Assembly (NCBI RefSeq): GCF_006345805.1
Contig: NC_042998.1
Span: 83,762,001-83,826,000, forward strand
Reading direction: 5' to 3'
Source: Octopus sinensis
Lineage: Eukaryota
Length of the DNA stretch: 64,000 bases
A program made the translations under genes and the position numbers. Position 1 is the first letter of the stretch. Each line of letters starts with the position of its first letter. Below are positions 1-13,929 of this stretch, piece after piece. A model generated the notes under the pieces. That model was not told the DNA's origin, searched no databases, and saw only the letters and a list, made by a program, of their open reading frames with translations.

Positions 1-1570
1 GCCAATCACAAATAGGTAGCGCCTATTATGCCTCCAAGGAACAGTTTGAGAAAGGAACAATACTGACTTCAAATTGAACAAGGTAAATTAGAAAGAAATG
101 ACATTTAGACAGACATATCTACGATTTAAAAACACATAGAAATACATGGCAATACCAAAACATGTTAAGAACACAGATCTTACACTATAACATCTACAAG
201 GAAGACAATAGCGCCAGATCTGTTAGCGTTACGAAACAAAAAGAAAGAGTTGCTGGACATAAGTCAGCTCCAGCAAACAAAATCACGTAGCAAAAGTATT
301 TGTAAGGAGACTGTCACCTCAGTCGAGGAGTTCATGGAAGAGAGAGTAAGGAAGCCTGTAACATAGATCTGTATCTTGAAAAACAGAGTGAGCCTTAGTG
401 TAACCCATAGGAGCTGTCAGAAGAAGGTGGCATATGAAACGATTTGGCTTTTATCAATCCGTACACAGTAAAGCACATGGTAACGTGTACTCGACTTTTT
501 ACACGACAGTGATACAAGAAGACAGGCGGAGTTGACATATAACAGAATACTACTGCAATATATAGAGCGACGGAATACAAATAGCTAGGAACATTAGTTG
601 TGACGTTGACTCTTGGCATGACAATCCATTATATGTCACGGTATGAGTAGATGTTGAAAGTAGAGGTAACTTGAAATATTATGCGGTTAAGTGGTGTCTA
701 TATGGATATGCAACTCCTGATAATGCCGCGAAGACCACATAGCGATCGAGTTGTATTACACCATCGCAGATACAAAAAAGAATAATATCAGACTGATGGT
801 ACAGAGCTGAAAGTCTAGTTGTTATACATGTTACAGCAAGAGTCACTTGCAGTTTTCTGCCCAGGAAAGATGAAAAAGCAGACGAGAAGGAGAGAGCAGC
901 GGAGATAAGCAGAAATAGAAAAAAACTACCAACAGTTCCCAGAAACTTCTGTTTCTAAAGCACCATTTAATCTCATGCCTAAAGATAGTCGGGAAAATCA
1001 TCTCGATCTCGGTGCGCAGGGCTAACCATCAGGAAGCCAACTAACCTCATCCCTATATGACTACATGATCTTGTAACGATGGCGACTGGATACTGGGAAT
1101 GTATAGCAGGCCATCGGAGATAACGGAGAAATTCATAAAACACAGGTGGCGGGGACCATATTTCCACCTCGAATTACATGATATTCGTAGTCCTTCAAAT
1201 AGCCAACGAGGAATTGATGAAACTATAAAACAAATTGAAGGATGAAAACGGAAGGAACAATGATCTGACAAGACGAGCTTGGTTATCATTTTAAAGAACA
1301 TCGATAAGAGAGAGAGAGAGAGAGAGAAGGTGAAAATCGCACCGGTAATCTATAAACAGCTAAAAAGAGCACTACTTTGAGGATATAATCCTTGCTCAGT
1401 CTCACACCAAAAGTGCTTACGGGCACTTTCAAAATTACCAGATGCCAGGAGTAAAAGGTGCTCGGAGCCGTAAGATGCTTTGATCTAATCAAGCTGGCGC
1501 CTTCTCACCCGTATGTGAATATACGGCCCATGTTTGCTTTTATTTCTATTCATTTAGGTATGTATATGCA
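1..1570 (+). mobile_element. Highly degraded gag-like ORF1 relic of a non-LTR element
   Basis: Broken reading ...IRLMVQS*KSSCYTCYSKSHLQF/CP at 820-860 is a CX2CX4HX4C knuckle with a 1-nt frameshift, followed by a charged linker. Many stops. Confidence 0.45.
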
Positions 1571-1685
1571 TTTTAATTTTTCTTGCACTCTAGGGTTCAT
1601 AAGGCCGGCTACACGGTTTTCATGGCGTATAAGTGTCCGAGATCACAGCATCTCACTGAACGAGATACCGGTCAGTTGCAGAGTT

Positions 1686-1832
1686 CAAGGCCAGCAATTT
1701 TGAGGGGAAGGGGAAAGTCGATTATATCGACTCCTGTACTTGACTGGTACTTTGTTTTATCAACTTCGAAAGGATTAAAGGCAAAATTGACATCGACGAG
1801 ATTTGAACTCAGAATGTAGAGAGCCGGAAAAA
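1686..1832 (-). mobile_element. SINE family A, partial
   Basis: Reverse complement of gagttcaaat...tttgcctttcatcctttcg...gataaa..aagtaccag core shared with copies at 28460 and 61499. Confidence 0.75.
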
Positions 1833-2019
1833 AAGTATTAATTTTAATATGTGATCGTTATTGCTAATTTGTAAGAAATTATAATTATTGATGTTGTTAG
1901 TGTTATTATTTCACGACTGCTTTATATGAATGAGTACCATTAATTTACTTGTGTCTATTGTGTGTCCCTTCTGAATAAATCAATGCTTTGGTGCCAAACT
2001 AAGTAACCGTCATCGTTAT

Positions 2020-2209
2020 CCTCATCGTCATCATTATTATTATTATCCCTATCGTTATCACCGTTGTCATCAACATCATCATCATCATCATCTGCATCAA
2101 TATCATCAACGTCGTTGTCCTCTTCCTCCTTATTATCCTCATCATTACCATCATCATAATCATCACCACTATCGTCATCATCTTCCCTATCGCCTTGATC
2201 ATCATCATT

Positions 2210-2271
<62 letters not shown>

Positions 2272-2272
2272 A
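2020..2272. repeat. (ATC)n/(ATT)n microsatellite
   Basis: Direct reading. Confidence 0.95.
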
Positions 2273-3184
2273 GTCGTTGTATATTTCTTTTACCGCGTCT
2301 TCGAAGTTTGCCTTTCCATATTCTTGACAATAGTGTCAATTAATTCCCTCAGACGATTAAAAACTCATATGATAAAACGAAAAATTTTGTTTTCTTTCAA
2401 ATACATAAAAAAAACGAAAGAAAAATAATATGGTGAGTGATATGCGACAGTCTTCTCACTGAACCGTGCATATAAGCTAAGCAAATTTATGCATCTCTAG
2501 GACTGTATGTGACAGTATGTGACAGTATGTGATAATGTAAGAGTTTGCATCTGTGTGTGTTAATTTTTCTTTGTCGCTTAATAAGTAAGTTAGTAGTCAT
2601 AGCAACTAATTTGACAGTTAATGATACAGAAAGCAAATGATGAAAGAAAGCACAAAAGAAATAAATGAAATTACTCAATTCTATAATTATGGTGATGATG
2701 TAAAACGCGTAACCATGGTGATACTCTAAACAATTTGATAATTGTGATGGTATAGTTGACAAATTCACAGTTTTGATGGCAAAGTAAACAAATGCTACTG
2801 TCTTGTCTACGGTAGATTATTATTTTGTGTTTTCCTTTAAATCTTCGAGATAATATAAATATTTCAGCATTTGCTGACAGAGCAGCATGAGTAAACATTG
2901 ATCTCTGATTCAGTCTACTTCGCTGATAGACGTACTATCAGTCAATATAGCTCCTGACTCTAACTAACCGTAGAGCAGGATAAAATATCTATTTATTTTG
3001 TGTGATTATTTTGCCCAACGTCAAACATCTTTTAACACGTCTTACAATATCGTGCAATGTCAGTGACCTTCCTCTCGAAAATATGAATTTATACAAATTC
3101 TTTCTTGTTTATCTTCGCGTATTTTGTGACAACTTTGTATGTGTGTTTATTGTATTCGTTAATGGGCCAAACTGACACTAATAG

Positions 3185-3388
3185 AGGATTAGCACAATCG
3201 TTAGCACGCCGGGCGAAATGCTAAGCGGTATTTCGTCTGCTGCTACGTTCTGAGTTCAAATTCCGCAGAGATCGACTTTGCCTGTCATCCTTTCGAGGTT
3301 GATAAATTAAGTACAAGTCAAACACTGGGGTCGATGTAATCGACTAGCCCCATCCCCCGAAATTTCAGACCTTGTGCCTACAGTAGAA
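3185..3388 (+). mobile_element. SINE family A (short-tail variant) followed by (TAT)n to 3458
   Basis: tRNA-like head with B box gagttcaaattcc and shared central domain. Confidence 0.85.
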
Positions 3389-3456
<68 letters not shown>

Positions 3457-3980
3457 CATTGAGTGACAGAGAAATGCATGCCACCAAAGTGACAGTAGGG
3501 TACAAATATACGAAGCTCAATATACCCAATGTGACTACCTGTCTGATAAGGGTACACCGGGCACATGCATCACAAACATATGTGCACGACATGGTGATCT
3601 CATATCAAGCTAAACAGCACATGACCTTGCAAGTGGGGCCCAGTTAGAAATTTCTTCAGGTGGAGTAGCCCATCCCGCTCAAAAGATCTCTGAATAAGGT
3701 TTGTTTCCAGAGGTGAATTATTCAAACACCCCAAAATTCCTTTCAATACATGACTATGATGCCCCCCCACCATTACTTCTGTTCCTGATCAGAGATGCGC
3801 ATATCGTCAACCACTAAAGGACATGCTCAACTGTTTAAGGTCAAACAACTAATAAGCAAATCTGTGGTATTGAGCAGAATATTTGCTGTAACCCATCTTA
3901 TATGATAAGACAAAACATGTACATGATAACACTTCCAATCAGTTAAGATCAGAAGCTATGAAAGCCAGTACCTGGTACTG

Positions 3981-4268
<288 letters not shown>

Positions 4269-4989
4269 CCATGTTGTTAATTCAAATTCCTCCGAGGTCG
4301 TTTTGTTTTTGCTTTTATTCTTCCGGAGTCGAGCCTGCAGTTAATATAATCTATTCTCCCCACAAAAATCCCATCAAAATTCCAGGCCATGCGCCTATTG
4401 TAGAAAGGGATTATTGTTATCATCATTACTATTATTAAGCACAGTCGCATAATCGAAAACTGAGTCTTTATTCCATTATCCAAGGAACCTAAGCATTATG
4501 TTAATCAATCTCTGGCATTCTTTTAACTGGAATAACTTCGTAAAGAGAAAGAGACAGACAGACAGACAGACAGAATGGATGTATGACATGGTGTTGGCAG
4601 TGAGGAACAAACTGAAAACAAAATTTTAATAGCAGGTTATGAAAACGAGTTTTGAAATGAGAGGCCATGCACTTCAATCTCAGCTTCAACTAACAGATGG
4701 CGGCTGCCAGTTGATATAATAATTGAAAGCTTTGCTCTTTATGAACAAGACACACAACATCAACAACATTTTTTAACAACTTAGTTACAAATTTGAAGAT
4801 GACCATCACATACAAAAGGAACTGCGATATGATTAACATCTAACTAAATCTTCTACGACTCAGCAACACTAAGTTATGGGATTGGCACTTAAACCGCTCT
4901 AAAATATCGGCAGTATTTCACATTCTCTTATTTACAGTCAAATGTTTAAAATGCCGAACAAACAGAGGTACACACACATATATGTATAA

Positions 4990-5115
4990 ACATGCACATA
5001 CATACATACATACATACATACATACATACATACATACATACATACGTACATACATACATACATACATACATACATACATACATACATACATGCATGCATA
5101 CGTACATACGTACGA
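4990..5115. repeat. (TACA)n microsatellite
   Basis: Direct reading. Confidence 0.95.
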
Positions 5116-5254
5116 ACGCAAACACTACACACACGTATAAGTGGCGCCCACTCAAGTGTCGCGTTTTTGTCAATGAGACTTGCACGCACACACAAAAATA
5201 TTACATTGAAAGATTACTCGTATATATCTATATTTATATGTATTTTGTGTCTGT

Positions 5255-5455
5255 GCTTGCCCCCCACCACTACCACCACTTCACAACGGGTGTTGTTTTT
5301 TCATGTCCCTGTAACTTAGTGGTTCGGAGGTGAGGCACCGATAGAATAAGTATCAGGCTTCCAAAAATTAAGCCCTGGGGCCGATTTGTTCGACTAAAAT
5401 TCTTCCAGGCGGTGCACCAGCATGGCTGCAACCTAAAGATTGGAGCATGCAAATC
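5255..5455 (+). mobile_element. SINE family B, 3' half
   Basis: accgatagaataagtatcagg...ctggggccgatttgttcgact...ggcggtgcaccagcatggc matches other B copies. Confidence 0.75.
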
Positions 5456-5964
5456 ATAAAGGATACACACACACACACACATACATACGTAAATGTCGAA
5501 CGACGCGTATGAGTTTTCAACACCACATAGGTGGATAGAGTTTATTTGTATATTAAGGCTACCATTGGTTTCATGTTATGAAACATATCTTAATATCTTA
5601 ACAATGTTTCAAGCCGATCACATGGAAGGATGGTGTTCGTCTCCATTATGGAAAAAAAGCGCAAATTTTATGAATTCACAGGAAGTCTCGTAAAGAAAAT
5701 AATATATATATATACACAAAGACACACACATATATGTTTTGTCTTTTATCTTCATACACATATATGTGTGTCTGTACGTATCCCTCACCACCGCTTGATA
5801 AATAATTTCGGATTGCTTTGAATATATTGCGTTAACATGTATTTTCGGGACGCTATTGTCGGTATTTGAACGATTTGTTTGTGTTGATACAACAGAAACG
5901 ATTGCAGACTTTGTATGGTGAATTCAACAATTAAAGATGTGATTTTCTCTATGCATGTTTTTAC

Positions 5965-5966
5965 TT

Positions 5967-5999
<33 letters not shown>

Positions 6000-6096
6000 G
6001 ATATATATATATATATATATATAATTTTAATCCAAACGGGAAAACAAAAAAACAACAACAGTGGAACAATTACAGTATTATTATTAATAGGCGCTC

Positions 6097-6167
<71 letters not shown>

Positions 6168-6170
6168 CAT

Positions 6171-6252
<82 letters not shown>

Positions 6253-6265
6253 ATATAATGTTAAT
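5965..6265. repeat. (TA)n/(CA)n microsatellite cluster
   Basis: Direct reading. Confidence 0.95.
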
Positions 6266-6471
6266 ATAATGTTCATATAACTCTCTGAATCAGGATCATT
6301 CTCATTTTTGGACGAGTGAAAAACCAAGTCATCTCCGGGGGTTATTGGGATTCAGAAGCAATAGACAGAAAGAGAGAGAGAGAGAAACAGCCGAATAATT
6401 ACCATTTTGCTTCCAGCTTTGGCGCCAACCGTCTTTATAATGACAATTTGCAGTACAGTTGCGAAGATAAG

Positions 6472-6526
6472 CAGTAGTAGTAGTAGTAGTAGTAGTTGTA
6501 GTAGTAGTAGTAGTAGTAGTAGTAGT

Positions 6527-6614
<88 letters not shown>

Positions 6615-6620
6615 TAGTAC
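6472..6620. repeat. (TAG)n microsatellite
   Basis: Direct reading. Confidence 0.95.
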
Positions 6621-6789
6621 TGTCCTGTTTCAGATGAAGAGAGTATGTTATACATGGAATAAAAGACTCGAGCAACAACAAAAACAGGCTATTGACCAGT
6701 GTGTAACCAACCTTACAAATCAGCCATAGGCTGATGAGATAAATTAAGCAGCCAATCGAATAATAGTAATAATAAATAAATAAATAAAT

Positions 6790-7060
6790 AAAATCAAAAA
6801 TACAATCTCTTAAAATTTGAAATTGCAAGAATTTGGAATATGAAAACTGTCAAAATTGTGTCTTTGATAATTGGTGCATTGGGAACTATAAACAAAGATA
6901 TAGAAAAATGGTTGAAAGAGACTGGAATAGCTTTGTAGAGCTTTTACAGTGAGTTTGCCGCTTATAGACACGAAAGATTATCAAGAGGGTTTTAAGCACT
7001 TAAAGTACTATTGAAAGATTGTGGGTACCTAAGGTTACAGGTATTCATGGCTACAAATGG
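6790..7060 (+). mobile_element. 3' end relic of an RLE-type (R4/Dong-like) non-LTR retrotransposon
   Basis: Translates LKFEIARIWNMKTVKIVSLIIGALGTINKDIEKWLKETGI...RKIIKRVLST*, the typical C-terminus after the restriction-like endonuclease (IGALG motif). Confidence 0.7.
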
Positions 7061-7639
7061 GCTATTATTCAACTGACAATGAATTTTCATTTTTACCTAT
7101 CATCATAGGTGCATTAGACTATGTACCTACATATTTTCACAAAAACCTACAAATACTAGATTTTTCAAAGAAAGAGCAATAGAAACCGACGCGGATTACA
7201 TAATCAAGTCCTATTGCCCAATAGTTAGAGATATGTGGCTTTTAAGCATAACGTTATTGGATTCAAAATATGCTGACAGCATTCACCATTGTGGAGGAGA
7301 AATCTGTCAACATCTTTTCAGTCTAATAATGTTTTAAGCCAGTAACAGTTTTCTGATTAACATAACATTGCTGATAATTTAGATAAACACTATTTTTTTA
7401 ATTAATTTAATTTAATACAACTATGAATCACAATCATATAATTATAAATTTGGTTGTTTATCTTAATGAAAAAGCTTTTGAATATAAACTATAGTATTAA
7501 CTATATGTGAGATTATGTTTATTATGCTTTTATGCTATCTCCCTCTTCATCCATCTCTCTTACTTACTTACTTTCTTTCTTTCCTTCTCTCTCTCTCTCT
7601 CTCTCTCTCTCTTTATATGTATTTATATATTTATGGATA

Positions 7640-8100
7640 AATAGATAAATACACCAATATGAGGAACATTATATCTCGCAAAAATCACCAAGTGTTTACC
7701 AGTTATAACTAAAGCTTGCCCTCTTGACAAAGTGCATATGATAAATTCTGTCACATATGAGGCTGAAATTGCATCTACATTCCAAGGCAAATCAATTGGA
7801 AAGAAGAACTACATCGGGCTATGTGAGGGCAAATTTAAGAGACGTTGTGCAAACCACCTATCATCTTTCTGGCACATCTATAAAAGTAATGCAACTAAAT
7901 TGGTTATGTATGGAATTTGAAGAGTAGCTCCACATCACATACAATTAAATAGAGAACAGTGGAGAAATCCAAGCCATATGTTAATGAATCTAAGAAATGC
8001 TATTTATGCATAGCAGAAAGATTTCATATTTTTCTTCGATCCAGCAATTCCAACACACTGCTTAATTCGAGATCTGAAATTTTTAGCAGGACAGGTTTCT
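7640..8100 (+). mobile_element. Penelope-like element GIY-YIG endonuclease relic
   Basis: CPLDKVHMINSVTYEAEI...KNYIGLCEGKFKRRCANHLSSF, then after a frameshift YVWNLK...IK*RTVEKSKPY...KCYLCIAERFHI...NSRSEIF. This fits the PLE GIY-YIG pattern (VxY...YIG, FKxRxxNHxxSF, CxLC). Confidence 0.8.
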
Positions 8101-8318
8101 TTTAACGAATTGGCGGGTACCACCCGCTCCGAATTGAGTCTTGTAGACTTAGACATATTTTCTGGTATTGTGTTCTAAACCAGTTGTATTCAATGTGCTT
8201 TCTGCAATCAGGGAGGACGAGGATCGTAATTTTTTATTTCGTTTCCTTTTTTCGTTCCATTTTTGCACCGACTGTCTTCACATTTTTTCATATTTTCTTA
8301 CTGACCAGCGTCCTTGTA

Positions 8319-8352
<34 letters not shown>

Positions 8353-8528
8353 GCATGCTTACTTTGTTTAATGCTGTCCGTCAATGTTGAGGAGTTTTAA
8401 ACATAGCCTGGAAGATTGCTTTGAGATACATGGCGTATTTTATAAATATGCCTGTTCAAGTATCATAATAGCATGAAATTATTAGTAGCTTTTCCAATTG
8501 CGTATCCAATTTAATATGTGTGTGTGTG

Positions 8529-8562
<34 letters not shown>

Positions 8563-9745
8563 ACAAAGATCCTAGATTATTCAATACAAATTATATTACA
8601 ATATGTAAATATATGAATTGAAAAATAAACGCATTTTCCCCTATTGTAAGTATATTTTCAATTAATTTAATTACGATATATACGTTTACCGTAGCTATCG
8701 ACTTTTACATATGCATATCTAGTGACCATGCTTTATATACATTCATATATTCTTTCATACATACATATATATATAGATACATACATTTATATATACACGT
8801 GTACGCACCCATGCACACACGTATCCAACTGTGCTGCTTCACACGTAAATGTATGTATACATGTAAGTTTATATCTGTCTCTATAGTTAAGTGAAAGATC
8901 GATGTGATGCATCTATCCACATATTAACATATAAATCAATGTTGGCTTAGTTTTTTAATATGCATTTCTCTGCGTGCCTGTTTGCCTGTCAGTCAGTAGA
9001 GTTGACTACACGTCTGTCCATTTGCATCAGTCAACTACGCAAATGCATATTTACTCTGAAGAACAACATGAAAAAGCTAATGGAAAAATCAGATATGCAA
9101 CAAAAGGAGAAATATTAGTTACTAACAAATATTAGGTTTCCATCGGCAAGTACGGCAGATAACTCTGAATATATTCCACTTTTATTTGAATTTCTTCAGA
9201 GCTAATGCAAACTCAGTTAAAGTTGCCGAAGTAATTGTGATCAAACTGTCAAGTTTATTTGATGTTGTAGAATAAAGAAATAGTGAAATGTCAATTAAAC
9301 TCATGTGCGACTTCCTATCAACATTTCTGATCTTTGTTTTAACATTTTATGCATGTCTTTCTTTCGTTCTCTGTTTTTTTTTCTATTCGTGTATGCGAGG
9401 ACATTTAAGCATATCTATCGTTCTTGCCGTCTGTCTCTCCATGTTTATCTAAGCATCTCTAAAATCAAAGACAACTCTGTTATCTTCTGTGTAATTTTTT
9501 TATACTCCATCTAAGAACAGAATAATATTCCCAGTGGTTGTGTAAATTAGTTACAGTAGAACAGTGATGCGGCGAGAGAATGAAAGGAAAAAGAATTGCT
9601 TTGTGATAGAAATATTTTTCCTTAACAAAATTTCACTTCTGTATGGCCAAAGAAATATCACTTCTTTGAACTCAAGTAGCATTTATGTATATTTGGCATC
9701 AAGTTGTGTCACTGCTTGGCTGGATTTAGAATGTATAATCAATAT

Positions 9746-9747
<2 letters not shown>

Positions 9748-9788
<41 letters not shown>

Positions 9789-9893
9789 GATAGATAGATA
9801 GATAGAAAGATAGATAGGTAGGTAGGTAGGTAGGTAGGTAGGTAGGTAGGTAGGTAGGTAGGTAGGTAGGTAGGTGGATAGATAGATAGATAG

Positions 9894-9955
<62 letters not shown>

Positions 9956-9970
9956 TGTATGTATGTATGT
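9748..9970. repeat. Compound (GATA)(GGTA)(TA)(TGTA) microsatellite
   Basis: Direct reading. Confidence 0.95.
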
Positions 9971-10711
9971 TTAATTCAACATTTTGAGTCAACTGGCTAT
10001 ATTAAATATATTGAACAAGAGAGATTACTAGTTACTCATATTATGACCTAAAAAAATAAACTATAACACCGGTTTAACATTTTTTCCGCATCTCCTAAAT
10101 AAGTACAATATAGTCTTTTTGATATACCTAATACTTTTTTCTCTTAGAACACCGGAAAGTATATCTTAACCCATTTAAATCCTAAATAATACCAATATTG
10201 TATTCCTCTGTGTTACTTACAAAAAACATTATTGTAGTATAATATAAACAAACTTTTCATCACTTCTTCCTTTACATTTCTCAATCTAATTCTTTGTATC
10301 TTATACCCCTAATGATAAGTTACATTCGTCTTTATCCCATTTTCCTCCCAGAAACTTTTATAAATATATTTTTCAAATGTATTGTGGTGTTTTAGCAACA
10401 TTTCAACGATCAATATTAGATAAATTTCAACGATCAATATCTAATCCCATGAACTCCACAACCTAATAAGTTGTTTACATTTGAAAATTTCGAAACACAG
10501 TCCTCAAATTATTCATTTCGTAATTCAAGACCAGAAAATTTACTTACTTTCCCCTGAAGATACCCAACAATATATGTTTTTTTTTACATCTATAATCGTT
10601 TGAATGTTGATAATTGAAACATGTGCAGGATTTTCTTTTCGGATACTTTTGGGTTGCTTTGTTGATCCGGTTTCTTTTATCCTTATTCTTATATGTATCA
10701 CTTTTACTTTG

Positions 10712-11045
10712 CGGGCTCAGTGGTTAGAGCGTCGAGCTTACGATCGTGAGGTTGTGAGCTTGAATCCCGGACCGGGCTGCGTGTTGTGTTCTTGAGCAAA
10801 GCACTTTATTTCACGTTGCTCCAGTTCACTCAGCTGTAGAAATGAGTTGCGACGTCACTGGTGCCAAGCTGTGTCGACCTTTGTCTTTCCCTTGGATAAC
10901 ACTGGTGGCGTGGAGAGGGGAGGCTGGTATGCATGGGCGACTGCTGGTCTTCCATAAACAACCTTGCCCGGACTTGTATCTAGGAGGGTAACTTTCTAGG
11001 TGCAATCCCATGGTCATTCATGACCGAAGGGGATCTTTACCCTCT
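10712..11045 (+). mobile_element. SINE family C, near full length
   Basis: tRNA-like head (gctcagtggttagagcg...gcttgaatccc), central gtgttcttgagcaa..cactttatttcacgttgctccagttcactcagctg. Near-identical layout at 41975-42300. Confidence 0.88.
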
Positions 11046-11449
11046 TTTTACTTTTCCATTGTGATACAAATAAAATAATCAAGTGTCTATTATACTTTTT
11101 CTTCTCCATTTCCTTTTATTTATATATATATATATATGTAACTCCAAGAAAGTTAGAGGTTGTGAATCCAACCCACTAAAGGATAATATCTATCCAATAT
11201 ACTGCTGGTAGAATACCCGATTATTAATACACAAGTGTTTTTTATTGCATTGTAATTACATTACCTTGTGTACTAAATGGGTGAAGGTAAAGAGATATTT
11301 TACCATTAATTTATATAGCAATAAGAAAATGGAGGGGATCAATAGGTGGTTCATCAATTTTAGACATTATATTATGTTAACTTATTTACTAAACTGATAA
11401 TTACAATAACACACATACATATAACATATTATGCTTTACACACACACAC

Positions 11450-11519
<70 letters not shown>

Positions 11520-11675
11520 GTAGCTGTGTTGTAAGAAGCTTGCTTCCCAACCACATGGTTCCGGATTCAGTCCCACTGCGTGGCAGCGTAGGCATGAGTC
11601 TTCTACTATAGCCCTGGACCGACCGTAGCTTTGTAAATGGATGTGGCAGACGGAAACTGAAAGAAGCCCTTCGTA
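11520..11675 (+). mobile_element. SINE family B, 5' half
   Basis: gctgtgttgtaagaagcttgcttcccaaccacatggttccggattcagtcccactgcgtggc...gacggaaactgaaagaagccc. Confidence 0.85.
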
Positions 11676-12274
11676 TAATATATATATATATATGTGTGTG
11701 CGTGAATGTGTGTGTGCATGCTTATCTATGTGTATATATTCATACATACATACACACACATATATATTTATATATCATAATAGCTTGTACAAAATATTGC
11801 TTGCACAAGCCACCGAGACAATGAAACAATTATATGATATTCTGACATTTTTTAATGAACTTATTATATAGCGCAGCAGGTTAAATCCAAGTAAAGCTGA
11901 AATTTAATTATCACGAGGAAATCCACCCAAACTATATGACGGAACATATAAGTAATTTGGTAACTACTACTACGACACTAGTTGCCTATAATGACCTAAA
12001 TCTTAAGACTAAGATGCTTTGGTATCCATGCTTCTGCGAGACCAAGAAGCATTGCTATCTCAAGCCTTTACATATAATTCAAATCATAGGAAGCGATACA
12101 TTAATTGTATAAAAACATAATTCGTTCGTTATAATCGCTAAAATATAAAATTACAAGCAATCTATAATTTCGAAGATTCTCTGAGGAAGCAATATCTTCT
12201 ATTAATGAGTAAAGGCAAGAAAAACGTGCAAGACGAGTATCATTATAATACAAGACATTTGAATGGGATGGGAC

Positions 12275-13010
12275 ACATATACATCTTATTCTGTACAGAA
12301 TAAGATACGTACACACTTTCTACATGGTATAGGAGAAATGCACAACATTTCTAATGTACAAGACACATATGCAATGTCTTTGCAATATAGGACACATACC
12401 AACTATTTATATTGTATAGAATACATACGCACTATCTTTATGGTATAGGACACATATGCACCATCACTATGGTGTAGGACAAATATATGCTACTTTTATG
12501 TATAGGACAAATATATGCTACTTTTATGTATACTATGTGTATAGTATAGGACAAATATACCATATATATATATATATATATATATACGTGTGCAGACAGG
12601 ATGTGGAATAGCCAAGAAGCCGAACAGACACAATGCCGAACGGACATAAAGCCGAATGGACACAAAAAAAAAATCCTACCTACATAGTTTAATGATCAAT
12701 TTACCAATTTGGAATATATATTCACCAATTTGGCAATTTTATTATATATTTTAATTTTCGTATGTCTTTTCGGCATCCATCTTGTCTGTTTGGCTTTATG
12801 TCCGTTCGGCACTGTGTCCGTCCGGTATTGTGTCCGTTCGGCTTTATGTCTGTTCAGGATTGTGTCCGTTCGGCTTCTTGACTTCGGCTTCTTGTCCTTC
12901 GGCAAAAGTGCATTCAACATATATGTACCTATATATATGGTATAGTACGCATATACACTAAGTATATGTTATAGTACACATATACACTATCTGCCTACTA
13001 TGGAACAAAT
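12275..13010. repeat. Degenerate ~29-bp minisatellite (tataggacacatatgc..) interrupted by a fold-back-like element
   Basis: Unit repeats at 12275-12560 and resumes at 12935-13010. Confidence 0.65.
12587..12920. mobile_element. Non-autonomous fold-back/MITE-like element with inverted arrays of GCCGAACGGACA
   Basis: 3-4 copies on + at 12611-12663 and ~7 reverse-complement copies at 12783-12905. Confidence 0.6.
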
Positions 13011-13482
13011 ACACACGATCTGTACAGAACTGACTTTTGTCTGCCTGCACAGAACAACGGAGTATAGATTCGTTTGTATCGAGTCTACTTCGGAGTTGTT
13101 ACAGATACAACTGGTTCAACGGAGCCTCTATGCGAGCATTTGTTTATTTTGCTGATTTCGCAATGCTCCCTCAAATTTTCAGTCATCAGTAAGAGTAAAA
13201 CTCTTATGTTGCACATTAGTGTTCTTTTGACAAAGATATGAGCACACTATAAGCACATAGAAGGTAACTAATTCTCCGCATGCACAGTTTAGCAAGTACA
13301 GTATCAATAGGAGAACACGGACTACTAAATAAACACTTGTTAATTTACACTGATACAGGTCTTTACAACGGTGAACTGAACATTGTGTAAATTAGTTACA
13401 TAATGAGGTCTGAGTATGTGGAGATATATACCTTGATGACATACATACATACATATATATGTATATATACATACGTATATAC

Positions 13483-13548
<66 letters not shown>

Positions 13549-13573
13549 AATATATGTATACATATATATATAT

Positions 13574-13884
13574 ATCACCATGATCACCATGACCGACCAG
13601 GCTATCAGATGTTGCTACACATCGCTGGTCACAATGCGCTTCGCATTGTTTTAGCCTTCAAATGACGCCACCTCACTGGCTAAGCGAGCAGGCCTACAGG
13701 AGAAAGAGTGAGAGAAAGTTGTGGCGAAAGAGTACAGCAGGGTTCGCCACCACCCCCTACCGGAGCCTCGTGGAGCTTTAGGTCTTTTCGCTCAATAAAC
13801 ACTCAAAACGCCCGGTCTGGGAATCGAAACCGCGATCCCCTGACCGCGAGTCCGCTGCCCTAACCACTGGGCCATTGCGCCTCC
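13574..13884 (-). mobile_element. SINE family D, full length
   Basis: Reverse complement head ggaggcgcaatggcccagtggttagggcagcggactcgcggtc...ggtttcgattccc (A and B boxes). Confidence 0.9.
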
Positions 13885-13896
13885 ACACACACACAC

Positions 13897-13929
<33 letters not shown>

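Noticed and set aside
3459-3910. Segment that looks like an interspersed repeat between (TAT)n tracts
   Set aside because: Single copy in the window and no structural hallmarks, so its class cannot be supported from this sequence.
9040-9300. Possible mariner transposase N-terminus (..LLFEFLQ..)
   Set aside because: Too short and degenerate, and no TIRs found.
10712-10790. tRNA genes at SINE heads (also 13810-13884, 14083-14150, 22765-22835)
   Set aside because: A and B boxes are present, but they run straight into multi-copy SINE bodies and I cannot fold a full cloverleaf.
10080-11400. AT-rich segment split by SINE-C that looks like an old LINE on the minus strand (similar at 19000-19450)
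   Set aside because: No diagnostic RT or endonuclease motif could be translated.
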